A DNA stretch of 63,967 nucleotides, the filler included, from Stramenopiles sp. TOSAG23-3 (lineage: Eukaryota): assembly GCA_900128585.1 (NCBI GenBank). It is 11 parts of 11 records of this genome, joined end to end, with 100 filler letters (N's around TTAATTAATTAA, not from the genome) between each part and the next. Parts side by side here need not be neighbours in the genome. Positions count along the whole stretch, not along the records: positions 1 to 5,744 come from LT643442.1; positions 5,845 to 11,584 come from LT643443.1; 9 more parts are not named here. The stretch is one strand, 5' to 3'. Of this stretch, positions 1-9,558 are shown piece after piece. The translations under genes and the position numbers were made by a program. Under the pieces are notes generated by a model that was not told the origin of the DNA, ran no database searches, and was given only the letters and a program-made list of their open reading frames with translations. Numbering within the stretch: the stretch's first letter is position 1; each line of letters opens with the position of its first letter.

Positions 1-484
1 CTTTCATAGGGTATTGTTTGTTGGGCATGGGCGTAGTGTCCAAGGTCGCAACAATGGAGGGACAGGCTGGGACGATACGAAGGGTCATGTCTGGAGCGGA
101 CGGTACAATGATATTATTATTATCCAAAAACTCAGTGAAGGGTACGCCATTGTATTCGTAACCAAGGCAATTTCGTACGTTGTAGGAACCATGACCGTAT
201 GCTGTGCATGTGGTAAAAGTTGTATGGTGACAGTCCATCCTAACAATTCTTCTTAACTTAGACTCCGATATCCCCGAATTTAAAACAATCAACAACACAA
301 CTACAATAATAATCCCAATTATTTTGACATACCGAAGAGGTATAATCTTATTATTAATCTTATTAAATAGCGGGCTATTCTGTTTTGGAGGTGGTTCTGG
401 CTCAATATTATTAAAGACGAACTTAATCTTTTTGTTTGGCGTCAAGTCCCTTACATCAATTTTTAATTTTGGAAACTGACTCAT
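1..484 (-). CDS. Type II single-pass membrane protein, 3'-truncated (not in ORF track)
   Basis: Manual translation from ATG at 484 is open to the window edge: MSQFPKLKIDVRDL...YVKIIGIIIVVVLLIVLNSG...DCHHTTFTTCTAYGHGSYNVRNCLGY. One hydrophobic helix followed by a Cys-containing segment. Confidence 0.6.
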   Translation of the reverse strand, partial: MSQFPKLKIDVRDLTPNKKIKFVFNNIEPEPPPKQNSPLFNKINNKIIPLRYVKIIGIIIVVVLLIVLNSGISESKLRRIVRMDCHHTTFTTCTAYGHGSYNVRNCLGYEYNGVPFTEFLDNNNIIVPSAPDMTLRIVPACPSIVATLDTTPMPNKQYPMK

Positions 485-520
485 TTTAGAACAAAAACAA
501 CTATTGATATACTCACTCAG

Positions 521-1069
521 ATGAATTTGTTTTTTCTTGACCAGTGGCTGGAGACGAATTCGATGGTGATGTGCGACAAGCATGTTGTCAAAATGATACT
601 GGAAACTTGTCAAATTTTGTATACTTGTTGGCATTTACGTACGGACCTTCCTACGAGCGAGTTGGTACCTTACCGTGTATCGCACAAAAACCACCCCCTG
701 TCCATCTGGGTGCGTGCGTGCAAAGCAAATTACGACTACGCGTGTTACTACGGTCTATTGTTATGTGCGGAATATACCGCTCGTTACGGAAAGTACCACA
801 AGACGGAGTTGCATTTGCGGCAATTGCTGTCGTGGGGGTACCCGCCCCTGACAAAAGTTATTGATCCACCGAAGAAGGCCAAACCGATCGCGGTTGCGTA
901 CGATAACGTTCCTTATGGGTTGAGCTCTATTCCATTGTGCATGGACGAAGAGTATTACGTCCGTAAGGATGGCAAATTGTTGGGCGTGGAATCGTACAGG
1001 AATTATTACCGTAGCAAACAGGATAAGTTCAAGATGGTATGGAAGCGAAAGAAACCGGATTGGTTTTAA
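521..1069 (+). CDS. Pyrimidine dimer DNA glycosylase / T4 endonuclease V-like protein
   Basis: MNLFFLD...CDKHVVKMILETCQIL, YRxSHKNHPxSIWVR, LLCAEYTARYGKYH, ESYRNYY and C-terminal W..RKKPDWF match the phage/giant-virus Pyr_excise-type family pattern. Confidence 0.8.
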   Translation: MNLFFLDQWLETNSMVMCDKHVVKMILETCQILYTCWHLRTDLPTSELVPYRVSHKNHPLSIWVRACKANYDYACYYGLLLCAEYTARYGKYHKTELHLRQLLSWGYPPLTKVIDPPKKAKPIAVAYDNVPYGLSSIPLCMDEEYYVRKDGKLLGVESYRNYYRSKQDKFKMVWKRKKPDWF

Positions 1070-1100
1070 AGTAATATAAATTAGCGAGTAATGTTTTAAA

Positions 1101-1826
1101 ATGAATATAAACGAATACGAGTACAAAGGTACATCTGCCAACGTGGTCCTAGAAATTGTGGCTGCCATCAATGGAGAGAAAAGTCGGTTTAAATTCTATC
1201 GACAGTACGGCAATGTCTTAATTTACAATCTGGGAAATGAGCGTTGGACGGTGCATGAGGTAACACCAGAGCAATTAGACGCACGAACCAAGTTATGGCC
1301 CATTTTAAGGCGAATGGAAGGAGTTCAAACGGCAGAAACGTACCGTATCATGACACCAATACGTGAGATTCTCACCGACAAGCGTGTCTTGTTGGCAAAG
1401 TATGTCATGTGCAAGAAAACTTTACCAGACGATGGTTCTACCATGTGCGAGCTTCATAAATGGGGAATTTACCCGTTGATGCTTCGTTATTGTTCTGGTA
1501 TGTTACGTGTGGGATTAGAAGTGGAACAGGAGGCAACTTTGAATGAACATCGATATTTCGGAGCTTTGGAGAAATACAATATAACAAGTAGAAAACAGTA
1601 TCGTCTGGCCTGTAGGTACCAAGGATGGTTGGAATGGGCTGAATTGCATACAAATACGATGATCAATATTAAATTTCGTAATGCAAAGACCACCGTAGAA
1701 CGAGCAGGAAATTTTTTGAAGTCGCACTACAAAAATTTTTATACTAAAAACCACTGGAACAACATAGAGAAGAAAGTAAAGCAGTTTGACGGCATGTGTG
1801 ATAAAAATGTAATATTAAAACTTTAA
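1101..1826 (+). CDS. Hypothetical protein (241 aa), virus-like contig
   Basis: Clean ATG-TAA ORF tightly packed between neighbours; no family recognised. Confidence 0.7.
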   Translation: MNINEYEYKGTSANVVLEIVAAINGEKSRFKFYRQYGNVLIYNLGNERWTVHEVTPEQLDARTKLWPILRRMEGVQTAETYRIMTPIREILTDKRVLLAKYVMCKKTLPDDGSTMCELHKWGIYPLMLRYCSGMLRVGLEVEQEATLNEHRYFGALEKYNITSRKQYRLACRYQGWLEWAELHTNTMINIKFRNAKTTVERAGNFLKSHYKNFYTKNHWNNIEKKVKQFDGMCDKNVILKL

Positions 1827-4800
1827 AATTTTAGTTGATATACTCTCGAGGATGAACCTTGCAACATGGCGGTTCTCAGGTTCGACACTACTTTTATCTT
1901 GATATTTTTGAGATCTTCACGATCATAATACACCATAACTCCTCCAATCTGAATATATATCCCACTTGAATCTATTTCTGTTACAACGCCTGTTCTAATA
2001 TTTCCCGAATATTCCCACGTTATCCTTACCCTATTGCGCAATTTAATAATCTGTCCATCTTTGTCAAAAAATTGTCTGCGTTCGGGTTCGGGTTCAAACC
2101 TACGTATGTATTCCACCACATACACGTCTCCCTGTGTGTTTCCATGGGTTCCGGATACGGTGCCACTGGACGAACCCATTTTCCCAAGAGCCACCGTTTT
2201 CTCAAACTTTAGGTTGATGGCAATGGGCAACATCATGCCTTGCATTTCAACGGTTTGATTTCTCCAATTCACCTCGACAATATCCTCCAGCTGTTCACTT
2301 CGGACGTAAAACTTGACCCCCGAACGCGTTTGTACTAAGACATAGCGCTCTTTACCCATCTGTCCCCCCAGACCAGTTGTACTGACAGGCATTGGTTCGT
2401 CGGTTGGATCTCCGGTCATTCTGTTTGTTTTGACCCAATTGGTGTAAATTCCGGGGAAAAAGTACTGGCTGAGTTCAAGTTTAAGTTCAATACCATCGGA
2501 TTTTAACTTTTCATTTTTCAAGCAATTCTCTAAGCCCTTCTCTGTGGATGCTAACTTGTCTTCGACTTCTTTCAACTCCCTTTTTTTTACTTCCCGACTT
2601 TTAAATGGATTTTCTATGTTTAATTGTGATCTTTTTTGGTTTACTCTCATTTTTAGCTGGAACAAGTCATTATTCAGTTTATTGCATTCTACCGTCATTT
2701 CTTCCATTTCTGCCTCAAATGTTTTTTCAACCAAGCAAAACACCATACGCTTTCCGTTTTTCATGCGCGCGTCCAGAAAGATGGTGTTTTGGTAATCCTG
2801 TGCTTTCCATTCTCGGTTCATAAGACTGTCCAAGTCATTCACACAGTTGTGCATCACCGAATCGTAATTTTTTTGTCTTTTCTTCAGCGCCTTTATCCTC
2901 TTTGTAAAATTTTTACAACGTCGTTCCAACCAATTGATCGATGTTCTCAAATCTACTATATTGTAGGTCTTGTCTAAACCCTCCATTTCGCCAGTTATAG
3001 ATTCTAATTCGTTCATGAATTTGAACAGTTGTATACTCAAATCGACATTTTTTTGTTGTATTTCCTGTCTTTTCTGGGCATCCCGTTCATTTTCTAATTC
3101 TTCCTCGAGTCCCTTTAATGCCTCTTTGCCATCCGCAATTAAACGTTTCAGTTCCTTCACTCTCCCTTCCTTTGATCGATAAGCAGGTTCGTGCTCGGCG
3201 AGCTTCTTTTTTTTGTCTTTAATTTCTTTCGTGTAACCCTTGCATGTGTCTAACTCCTTTACTTGCTCCTTGATACGATCCATGTCCCATTGTTTCAGCT
3301 GTTCCAGCTGCTGCTTCTTTGCATCTGGCGATAATAAGATCAGAATGTTTGGATCTTTACACAGTTTGATAGCTCTTCTTACCGTCTCTTCTGAAAATGG
3401 GTACTTCAGTAGTAGTTTTACCCGCTCTACTGACACTGACTCTAAGGCTGTGTATTCCAATATTGACATCCTCTGAGAACCGTATACTACCTGATCTTCG
3501 CGATTAATGCGCAGATCGTCCAACAATAGTTTCAGTACGTCATCTGAATTTATACCCACGGTAAACAACGGGTGTCCGATGTTTGGTTCAACCGATGGAA
3601 CGTTTAGTATACAGCGCACCAAGTCGATGTCACCATCTACAATTGCTTGAATGAGTATGGTATCATTTCGAGTGGCATCATCATTTCGAGTGTTAATCAT
3701 GTCATCGGTTACTTTCCGTTTGTAATTAAAATGCTTGTACCCTTTTTCATCAAAGTATTTCACCAAAGCAATAATGTATTCGTGTACATTACGATGTTTT
3801 AGAAGAACAAATTTAACTTCGGAGTACAGCAACGATGGTTTCCCGTTTATGTCAATTTTCTTCAAAAGTTTGTCTGCCATTTCTACTGCATGATACCACT
3901 CCATTTCTTCCTTGATAGTATAATGGTAAAATACCCATGGTATTAACATGTATTTGTCTTCTACACCGTTTAAGGAACTGGAGAAGTCTACATTATCAAA
4001 CTCAATGGTGTCTAGTATGGACCGGGCTTTTATAGTTGTAAACGTAGGGCCAGAAATACCTAGCAACTCTTGCACCATTTTTCCGGTCGCATACCGTTTC
4101 ACCATTTTATTCAGTTTATTGTTCAATTCTGAGTTTAACTTTTCAATATCATGTCCTCCATACTTTGTAAACCAATTCAAATGTTGTACATAATTCGTGG
4201 CAATCGTGATTTTTGTCTCCTTATCTAGTTTTAATTTCAGAAATTTTTGAAGGATAGGTAGAATCGCATTGGTAGAAAAAATGCGATTGTTCTCGAACTT
4301 CTTAAACACCTCTTCAACGAGTTTTGGTTCTGTCTCCGTTATAAAATTGAATACGGCCCATGTCTCCTGCTCGATAGCTACCGACTGGACGTTTGCGTTG
4401 GCGTTTGGAAACTGTTTCAGCACTCGATCCGTTAGTCCGAATTCAATTGCCCGTTTGATGGTCTTGTCGGTAATAGCGCCTGTTTTTTTGCCTAGAGCAA
4501 ATTCAAACACTTCTTTACCGTAGTCACCTTCAAGAACGTCTTGCAGATCCAGTTGGGTGAGTTCGGGGATTAAATCGCTAAAGTCTTTTACCAAGAAGGT
4601 CCACAGGGGTATGCCCCCACGGATCTTTTGTTTCAAGTTTTTAATTCGTTCTAGAACCTCCCGATTTTTGCTTTTCAACGCGTTCATTATATCTTTTAAT
4701 TCGTCTCTATCTTTTGGTAGGTCCCACAGGACGATTTTGCCACTCGTCGCTTGACCAATTTTGTCCCCGTCAAAGACGAGATTCGTAACCTTATGTCCGG

Positions 4801-5737
4801 GGCAAATAGTGTAGGAGGCACCTGTTATAAAATTACGAACGCTTATTATGTCATTTTTATCTTCCACATCCTTGAATACAAGGTGATCGTACTTTATAAC
4901 AGCATGAATCCGAAGTAAATCTTTGGGGCCCCCTTTCATTTCCTCCTTAAAAACAAGTTTGTTTTTTTCTGTGACAACCGTAATGAAGTCTTTATCATTC
5001 TCCTTGTAAACTATCATCATGTACACCACCTCGTTAAACAGGGTTATGTCCAATGCTCTCACTAATGGGAATTCTGTGTACAACAATCGTTCAGGTTGTC
5101 CAAGCGATGGATTTTTATGAAGATGAACATGGTTTTCATTATCTAAAGTGGCGATAAAGTCTACGCCCCTAGCTCGCACCGCTGCCATACGCGGTATTCC
5201 AATTTCTGACGTCCAAATAGGCCTAGTTATTTTCGTTTTGTAATTGTAAGCCATAACAGTATATTCTTCCTCGTCATCATCGTCCTCATCATAGTCATTT
5301 AGCGGCGCAGTGTAATACACCGAATCATCGGTTATGGCGGTGTGAAATGAAAATAGAGATTCCATTTCCACCTCCATGTCTGGCGACGCCCGACCCCAGT
5401 CACTCTTTTTGACGTCCTTGTACAGGTAAATATAGCCGGTATCGTCCGTGACCGTATGTACCATGCAAGTTTTACCATTTGGACTGAAAGCAATATTCAT
5501 GATATAATGATTATCGTGTTTGTATGTTGTAGCATGCCAGAGGCTTCCTCGCCACCGAAGTGCACTGTTGTCAGCGTTTTGGTATATGATATCATCGACA
5601 GTAACACCATCCTGATCCACACCCGATTTTAAGGCCCAATACGAAGTCATGTTTATATCGTCTCCTTGTAATTCACGAATGTCCACTTCGGTGGGCTGCA
5701 TAAAGTGGTCCAAAAGCCACTTGACGGTCATGCCCAT
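1823..5737 (-). CDS. Large mosaic protein: beta-propeller-like, ankyrin-like repeats, coiled coils, C-terminal SH3/KOW-like domain (possibly 5'-partial)
   Basis: 1304-aa ORF. IMNIAFSPNGK and VTNLVFDGDK...IVLWDL are WD40-like; DTILIQAIVDGDIDLVRCILN is ankyrin-like; long K/E heptad regions. The frame stays open to the contig end. Confidence 0.75.
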   Translation of the reverse strand: MGMTVKWLLDHFMQPTEVDIRELQGDDINMTSYWALKSGVDQDGVTVDDIIYQNADNSALRWRGSLWHATTYKHDNHYIMNIAFSPNGKTCMVHTVTDDTGYIYLYKDVKKSDWGRASPDMEVEMESLFSFHTAITDDSVYYTAPLNDYDEDDDDEEEYTVMAYNYKTKITRPIWTSEIGIPRMAAVRARGVDFIATLDNENHVHLHKNPSLGQPERLLYTEFPLVRALDITLFNEVVYMMIVYKENDKDFITVVTEKNKLVFKEEMKGGPKDLLRIHAVIKYDHLVFKDVEDKNDIISVRNFITGASYTICPGHKVTNLVFDGDKIGQATSGKIVLWDLPKDRDELKDIMNALKSKNREVLERIKNLKQKIRGGIPLWTFLVKDFSDLIPELTQLDLQDVLEGDYGKEVFEFALGKKTGAITDKTIKRAIEFGLTDRVLKQFPNANANVQSVAIEQETWAVFNFITETEPKLVEEVFKKFENNRIFSTNAILPILQKFLKLKLDKETKITIATNYVQHLNWFTKYGGHDIEKLNSELNNKLNKMVKRYATGKMVQELLGISGPTFTTIKARSILDTIEFDNVDFSSSLNGVEDKYMLIPWVFYHYTIKEEMEWYHAVEMADKLLKKIDINGKPSLLYSEVKFVLLKHRNVHEYIIALVKYFDEKGYKHFNYKRKVTDDMINTRNDDATRNDTILIQAIVDGDIDLVRCILNVPSVEPNIGHPLFTVGINSDDVLKLLLDDLRINREDQVVYGSQRMSILEYTALESVSVERVKLLLKYPFSEETVRRAIKLCKDPNILILLSPDAKKQQLEQLKQWDMDRIKEQVKELDTCKGYTKEIKDKKKKLAEHEPAYRSKEGRVKELKRLIADGKEALKGLEEELENERDAQKRQEIQQKNVDLSIQLFKFMNELESITGEMEGLDKTYNIVDLRTSINWLERRCKNFTKRIKALKKRQKNYDSVMHNCVNDLDSLMNREWKAQDYQNTIFLDARMKNGKRMVFCLVEKTFEAEMEEMTVECNKLNNDLFQLKMRVNQKRSQLNIENPFKSREVKKRELKEVEDKLASTEKGLENCLKNEKLKSDGIELKLELSQYFFPGIYTNWVKTNRMTGDPTDEPMPVSTTGLGGQMGKERYVLVQTRSGVKFYVRSEQLEDIVEVNWRNQTVEMQGMMLPIAINLKFEKTVALGKMGSSSGTVSGTHGNTQGDVYVVEYIRRFEPEPERRQFFDKDGQIIKLRNRVRITWEYSGNIRTGVVTEIDSSGIYIQIGGVMVYYDREDLKNIKIKVVSNLRTAMLQGSSSRVYQLKF

Positions 5738-5744
5738 ATCTCTA

Positions 5745-5844
5745 NNNNNNNNNNNNNNNNNNNNNNNNNNNNNNNNNNNNNNNNNNNNTTAATTAATTAA
5801 NNNNNNNNNNNNNNNNNNNNNNNNNNNNNNNNNNNNNNNNNNNN
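5745..5844. other. Artificial contig spacer
   Basis: 44 N + TTAATTAATTAA (stops in all six frames) + 44 N. Confidence 0.99.
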
Positions 5845-5965
5845 AAGAAAGAAAGAAAGAAAGAAAGAAAGAAATCTAAAAAAGAAAGAAAGAAAGAAAG
5901 AAATCTAAAAAAGAAAGAAAGAAAGAAAGAAATCTAAAAAAGAAAGAAAGAGTCGAAAGAAAGAA
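5845..5965. repeat. (AAAG)n microsatellite with 29-bp higher-order unit
   Basis: AAAG runs with TCTAAAAAA recurring at 5875, 5904 and 5933. Confidence 0.9.
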
Positions 5966-6770
5966 GGATTATTATTATTGATTTTAATTTAATAATTTAA
6001 ATTATAATAAATATAATTTAAAATGTATACCCACCCTCCCCTCCCTCCGTATTACATTGTTATTAATTAATAATATACCAGTACGAGTAGAAGGTGATGA
6101 AGTAGAATAATTCATTACAGACGACTACCCACTATGTGGTATTAATTAATTTTTATACCTGCCTGTATTATAATCACACTGTATACTGTACCGGTATTAT
6201 AATATCCTCGTATACGTAGGTGTGTACGTAGTCTAGTGTAATATAATAATGTACAATAGAAGGTTGGTTCAGATGATACTGTAGTAAGTATAATGTACAC
6301 TGTAGTCGTCTAGTTAGATTATACGTATATCAGCTCAGCATAGGGATAGGGTCTTCTTTTTTAAACATGTATTTTTATAGTCTAGCATTGGTTATTATTA
6401 TTGTTAGCATCAACAGACAATGGGACCCGTGGGACCCATGGGTGGTGCAATTATGCGAAATATTGGTACGCGTGCTATACCACGTATACATACGTTTTTA
6501 CGCAGGCTTTAATTGCTTCCCCCTTGTTGTGTCACTCCTCGTATAATAATACCGAAGCTGGAACGAATGAACTTCGTTTCGATTGGAGCAGATTCACCTG
6601 GACTTTGCTAAAAGATCTCATCACGAATGCGTACTTACCTGCAAATGAAAAATAATTGAAAAAGGACGTTTCACATTTTGTTTTCGTTCTTATCCCACGG
6701 TCATCGTATATAGCAACCGTGTTCTACGTATAGATTCACGCGCTTGGAGGAGCACGTCGCGTCGTACAAG

Positions 6771-7727
6771 ATGCCGCGCGGACGCCCCAAAGGCAGTAGG
6801 AATAAAACAGGCAGGGGGTCGATTCCGAAACGGCGGTCCATTTCAAAGCCACAGAGGGTTGAGACAAAAACATGCAATAAATGCGGTTCAAGCGATCACA
6901 TACGGTCCACGAAGTCGCAGTGCCCAAAGTACTTTGAGCCTGCACCGCCCAAGCCGGCGACTGGCACTGGTAAACGTGGGAGGCCCAAAGGGTCTAAGAA
7001 CAAACCAAAGACATCAGGGAAGGGCAAAGGGAAAAGGGGCCGACCCTTGGGGTCAAAGAACAAACCGAAGGTGCCCATTAGCGCGCTGCATAATCTGAGT
7101 GCATCGTCTTCGTCGGCCGCCGGGCTCGACGGGCTCACGTCCATGGCATCCTCGTCGGCAAGCATGTTAAACTTGCAACCGTCTTACCACGGACATAATT
7201 TCTCAGTGCTAGGCTTGGACGGGGTGGAAGTCGGGCACCAGATGATGCAGATTCGGCGCGGCCGGGGGCGCCCATTGGGCTCCAAAAACAAGCCGAAGAA
7301 GACGGAGAAGCGGGGGCGACCAAAGAAATACAAAGACAAATCTTCCAAAAAATCATCGTCCAAGTCGAACAAGAAGAGAAAGGCGCGAATGGAATCGGGC
7401 TATTGCAACGTTTGCGGCTCGCGGGACCACATTCGGTCGACCCGGCGCCAGTGCCCCAAACACCCGGAGTTCGAACCGCCGAGCAGTAGCAACGGGGCGC
7501 ACGGCAGCACCACCGTCAACAAACGAATGCGTTCGGACAGTTATGATATGCCGCAAGATTTGCTGCTTATCATAAGGGGCGACGAGGTTGATACAGGGTC
7601 GAATGCAGATTGGAGCGGTCGCTCGGGGTACCGGTGTGAGATATGTGGAAGGAGGAGCGAAAACGTTGGGCCTCGGCGCGGTTTCGATTATCGGGCTTCA
7701 GTTTGCGGTGGTTGCACAGATTTGTAA
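6771..7727 (+). CDS. Multi-AT-hook protein with two Zn-knuckle-like motifs
   Basis: Five RGRP AT-hooks, two C-x2-C-x4-H-x7-C motifs (CNKCGSSDHIRSTKSQC, CNVCGSRDHIRSTRRQC) and C-terminal CxxC...CxxC. First ATG at 6771. Confidence 0.8.
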   Translation: MPRGRPKGSRNKTGRGSIPKRRSISKPQRVETKTCNKCGSSDHIRSTKSQCPKYFEPAPPKPATGTGKRGRPKGSKNKPKTSGKGKGKRGRPLGSKNKPKVPISALHNLSASSSSAAGLDGLTSMASSSASMLNLQPSYHGHNFSVLGLDGVEVGHQMMQIRRGRGRPLGSKNKPKKTEKRGRPKKYKDKSSKKSSSKSNKKRKARMESGYCNVCGSRDHIRSTRRQCPKHPEFEPPSSSNGAHGSTTVNKRMRSDSYDMPQDLLLIIRGDEVDTGSNADWSGRSGYRCEICGRRSENVGPRRGFDYRASVCGGCTDL

Positions 7728-7995
7728 AAAGAGGATGTGAGGTTTTAATAAACTTTAAAGAGGATGTGTTACAGACATGTAATTATTTGGTTTTAAACAT
7801 GTGATACGACTAACGAAATGTCGTACTATTAAATAAGAGAGGGTATATAAGATCGTAAAAGGATTTGTTTTTTAAAACGTAAAACACCAGAGCACTTCCC
7901 ACCGCTATTTGTAGCGGACTCGCATCGATTCAATTCGGTGTTGACTGTTACAAAAACATTGCATTTGCCCCTCACTGGGGGCCCGGCCCAAACGG

Positions 7996-8910
7996 TCACT
8001 GTATACTTCCCATTGGCCTGCCCCCCGCAACTCGTATGTTTGCCCCACAAACGTAAGATGAATTTTCGCTCAGCAAGTACTTCACGGTGTCGGCTATTTC
8101 GCTCGCTTGGCCCAAACGCTTCATAGGTATGGACGCTTTCGTCATTTCTTTTGCTTTCGCACTGGGCATGTCGGTGTCGCACATTCCCGGGGATATCGAA
8201 TTGATACGGACGGAGTGCAATGCACACTCTTGCACGATGCCGCACTGCAAACTATTCAAGGCCCCTTTTGATATCATGTAAAGGAGTGGGGCTCCCTGAA
8301 TGTACGCCGCCCCAGAACTTATGTTGACGATCTGACCACCTGTCCCCTTGCCGCTGAGCTTTGGCGACATTCTCTCGAGCGCAAGACGCGTGCACGCCAG
8401 GGGCCCGAGGACGTTCGGCCGCAAGACTTTCCAGAGTTCGTTTTCGAGCCCGTCCCCGTCAAGAGGCGGCAGCCCGAGCAGCTTCCCATCTTTTCCACCG
8501 GGCCCAATAATTGCCGCATTGTTGACCAAAGCGACCAGCGGGGAGTCTGCAAACGCAGCGTCAACAGCATCGAACATTGCCGCGACATCAGAGGGGTTGC
8601 CCACGTCGCACTGGAACGCCGCGCAAACGCCCCCAAGCTGTTGAACGGTTCGGACGACAAAGTCTGCTGCCGCTTTGTTTGACCGGTACACGCATGCGAT
8701 CTTGTACTGGTTTGCCAATGCTTTGCAAATGGCAGCGCCTATACCCCGGGAACCGCCTGTTACGATGCATACCCCAGAGCAGCTTGAGGTAGGGTTTGCC
8801 ACCACGAGAGGCCCGGGGCCCCCCTTCCTCGATTTTTGCCGCCGCCGCTGGCCGACAAGATACCCAACCGCAACCGAGCAAAGGCAGAGGGCAACCGCTT
8901 GCCCAGACAT
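7996..8910 (-). CDS. Short-chain dehydrogenase/reductase (SDR) with N-terminal membrane anchor
   Basis: VTGGSRGIG, VNNAA, NISS, YMISK (YxxxK) and RINSISPG motifs. Confidence 0.92.
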   Translation of the reverse strand: MSGQAVALCLCSVAVGYLVGQRRRQKSRKGGPGPLVVANPTSSCSGVCIVTGGSRGIGAAICKALANQYKIACVYRSNKAAADFVVRTVQQLGGVCAAFQCDVGNPSDVAAMFDAVDAAFADSPLVALVNNAAIIGPGGKDGKLLGLPPLDGDGLENELWKVLRPNVLGPLACTRLALERMSPKLSGKGTGGQIVNISSGAAYIQGAPLLYMISKGALNSLQCGIVQECALHSVRINSISPGMCDTDMPSAKAKEMTKASIPMKRLGQASEIADTVKYLLSENSSYVCGANIRVAGGRPMGSIQ

Positions 8911-9558
8911 CTCAAAAAATGGTTCTCCGATTAAGACAAGGGTAGAGTGTCTATGGTGTGTAACTTATTTTTCGAACAGCTTGAAATAACAAATATGATG
9001 TTTTGAATTCTTTTCCTTTTTTCATGAATCCTATTATTAAAAAAGTTTCGTAAATAATATATATTAGAGGAGAGGAGAACTACTATATTTTTATATTTTA
9101 TACCTTGGTATAGTTATAATAATAATATAATTATAATAGTCGTCTAATAATAATAATAGCTGCTCTTATTAAAGCTTAAAAAATAATAAAAAATTAATAA
9201 AATAATAAAATAATAATAATACGAGGATCGGCACCGCATAGTAGCGAAGATTGCTGTGTCTATGTAAATGCTTAGAATGCCGACCGCCGAGCGGCGAGCG
9301 GCTCCTCCGCCATGTTATTATTATTATTATCGTAAATTTTATTATATAGAAATAGGCAGTGCCAGAATCCAGATAGAAGTCCAAATTTCAAAAGACATTG
9401 TTGTTCTACGCCAATATATATAAATTCAAAACAAAAGAAATAGATTCTAGCTGGAGGACAAGTTTTTCTTACCCTTCTTTGTACGCCCCCCGTCCCCTTT
9501 TTTTAAATTGTACTTTTGTTTTTGAAGCATTTTCTTTTTTCTCGTTTCTTTCTAAAGG

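Larger units (their letters stand above)
1..5744. mobile_element. Putative large dsDNA virus contig (NCLDV/mirusvirus-like, or endogenous viral element)
   Basis: Four intronless ORFs with intergenic gaps of 36 bp, 31 bp and a 4-bp overlap. No microsatellites, AT-richer coding than the core host genes, and a pyrimidine-dimer glycosylase-like gene. No capsid or polymerase hallmark visible. Confidence 0.55.

Noticed and set aside
5789-5800. TTAATTAATTAA palindrome recurring about every 5.8 kb
   Set aside because: Always centred in N runs; it is a synthetic six-frame stop linker.
5845-5950. 29-bp periodic repeat as a CRISPR array
   Set aside because: Low-complexity AAAG units with no unique spacers and no cas genes; eukaryotic context.
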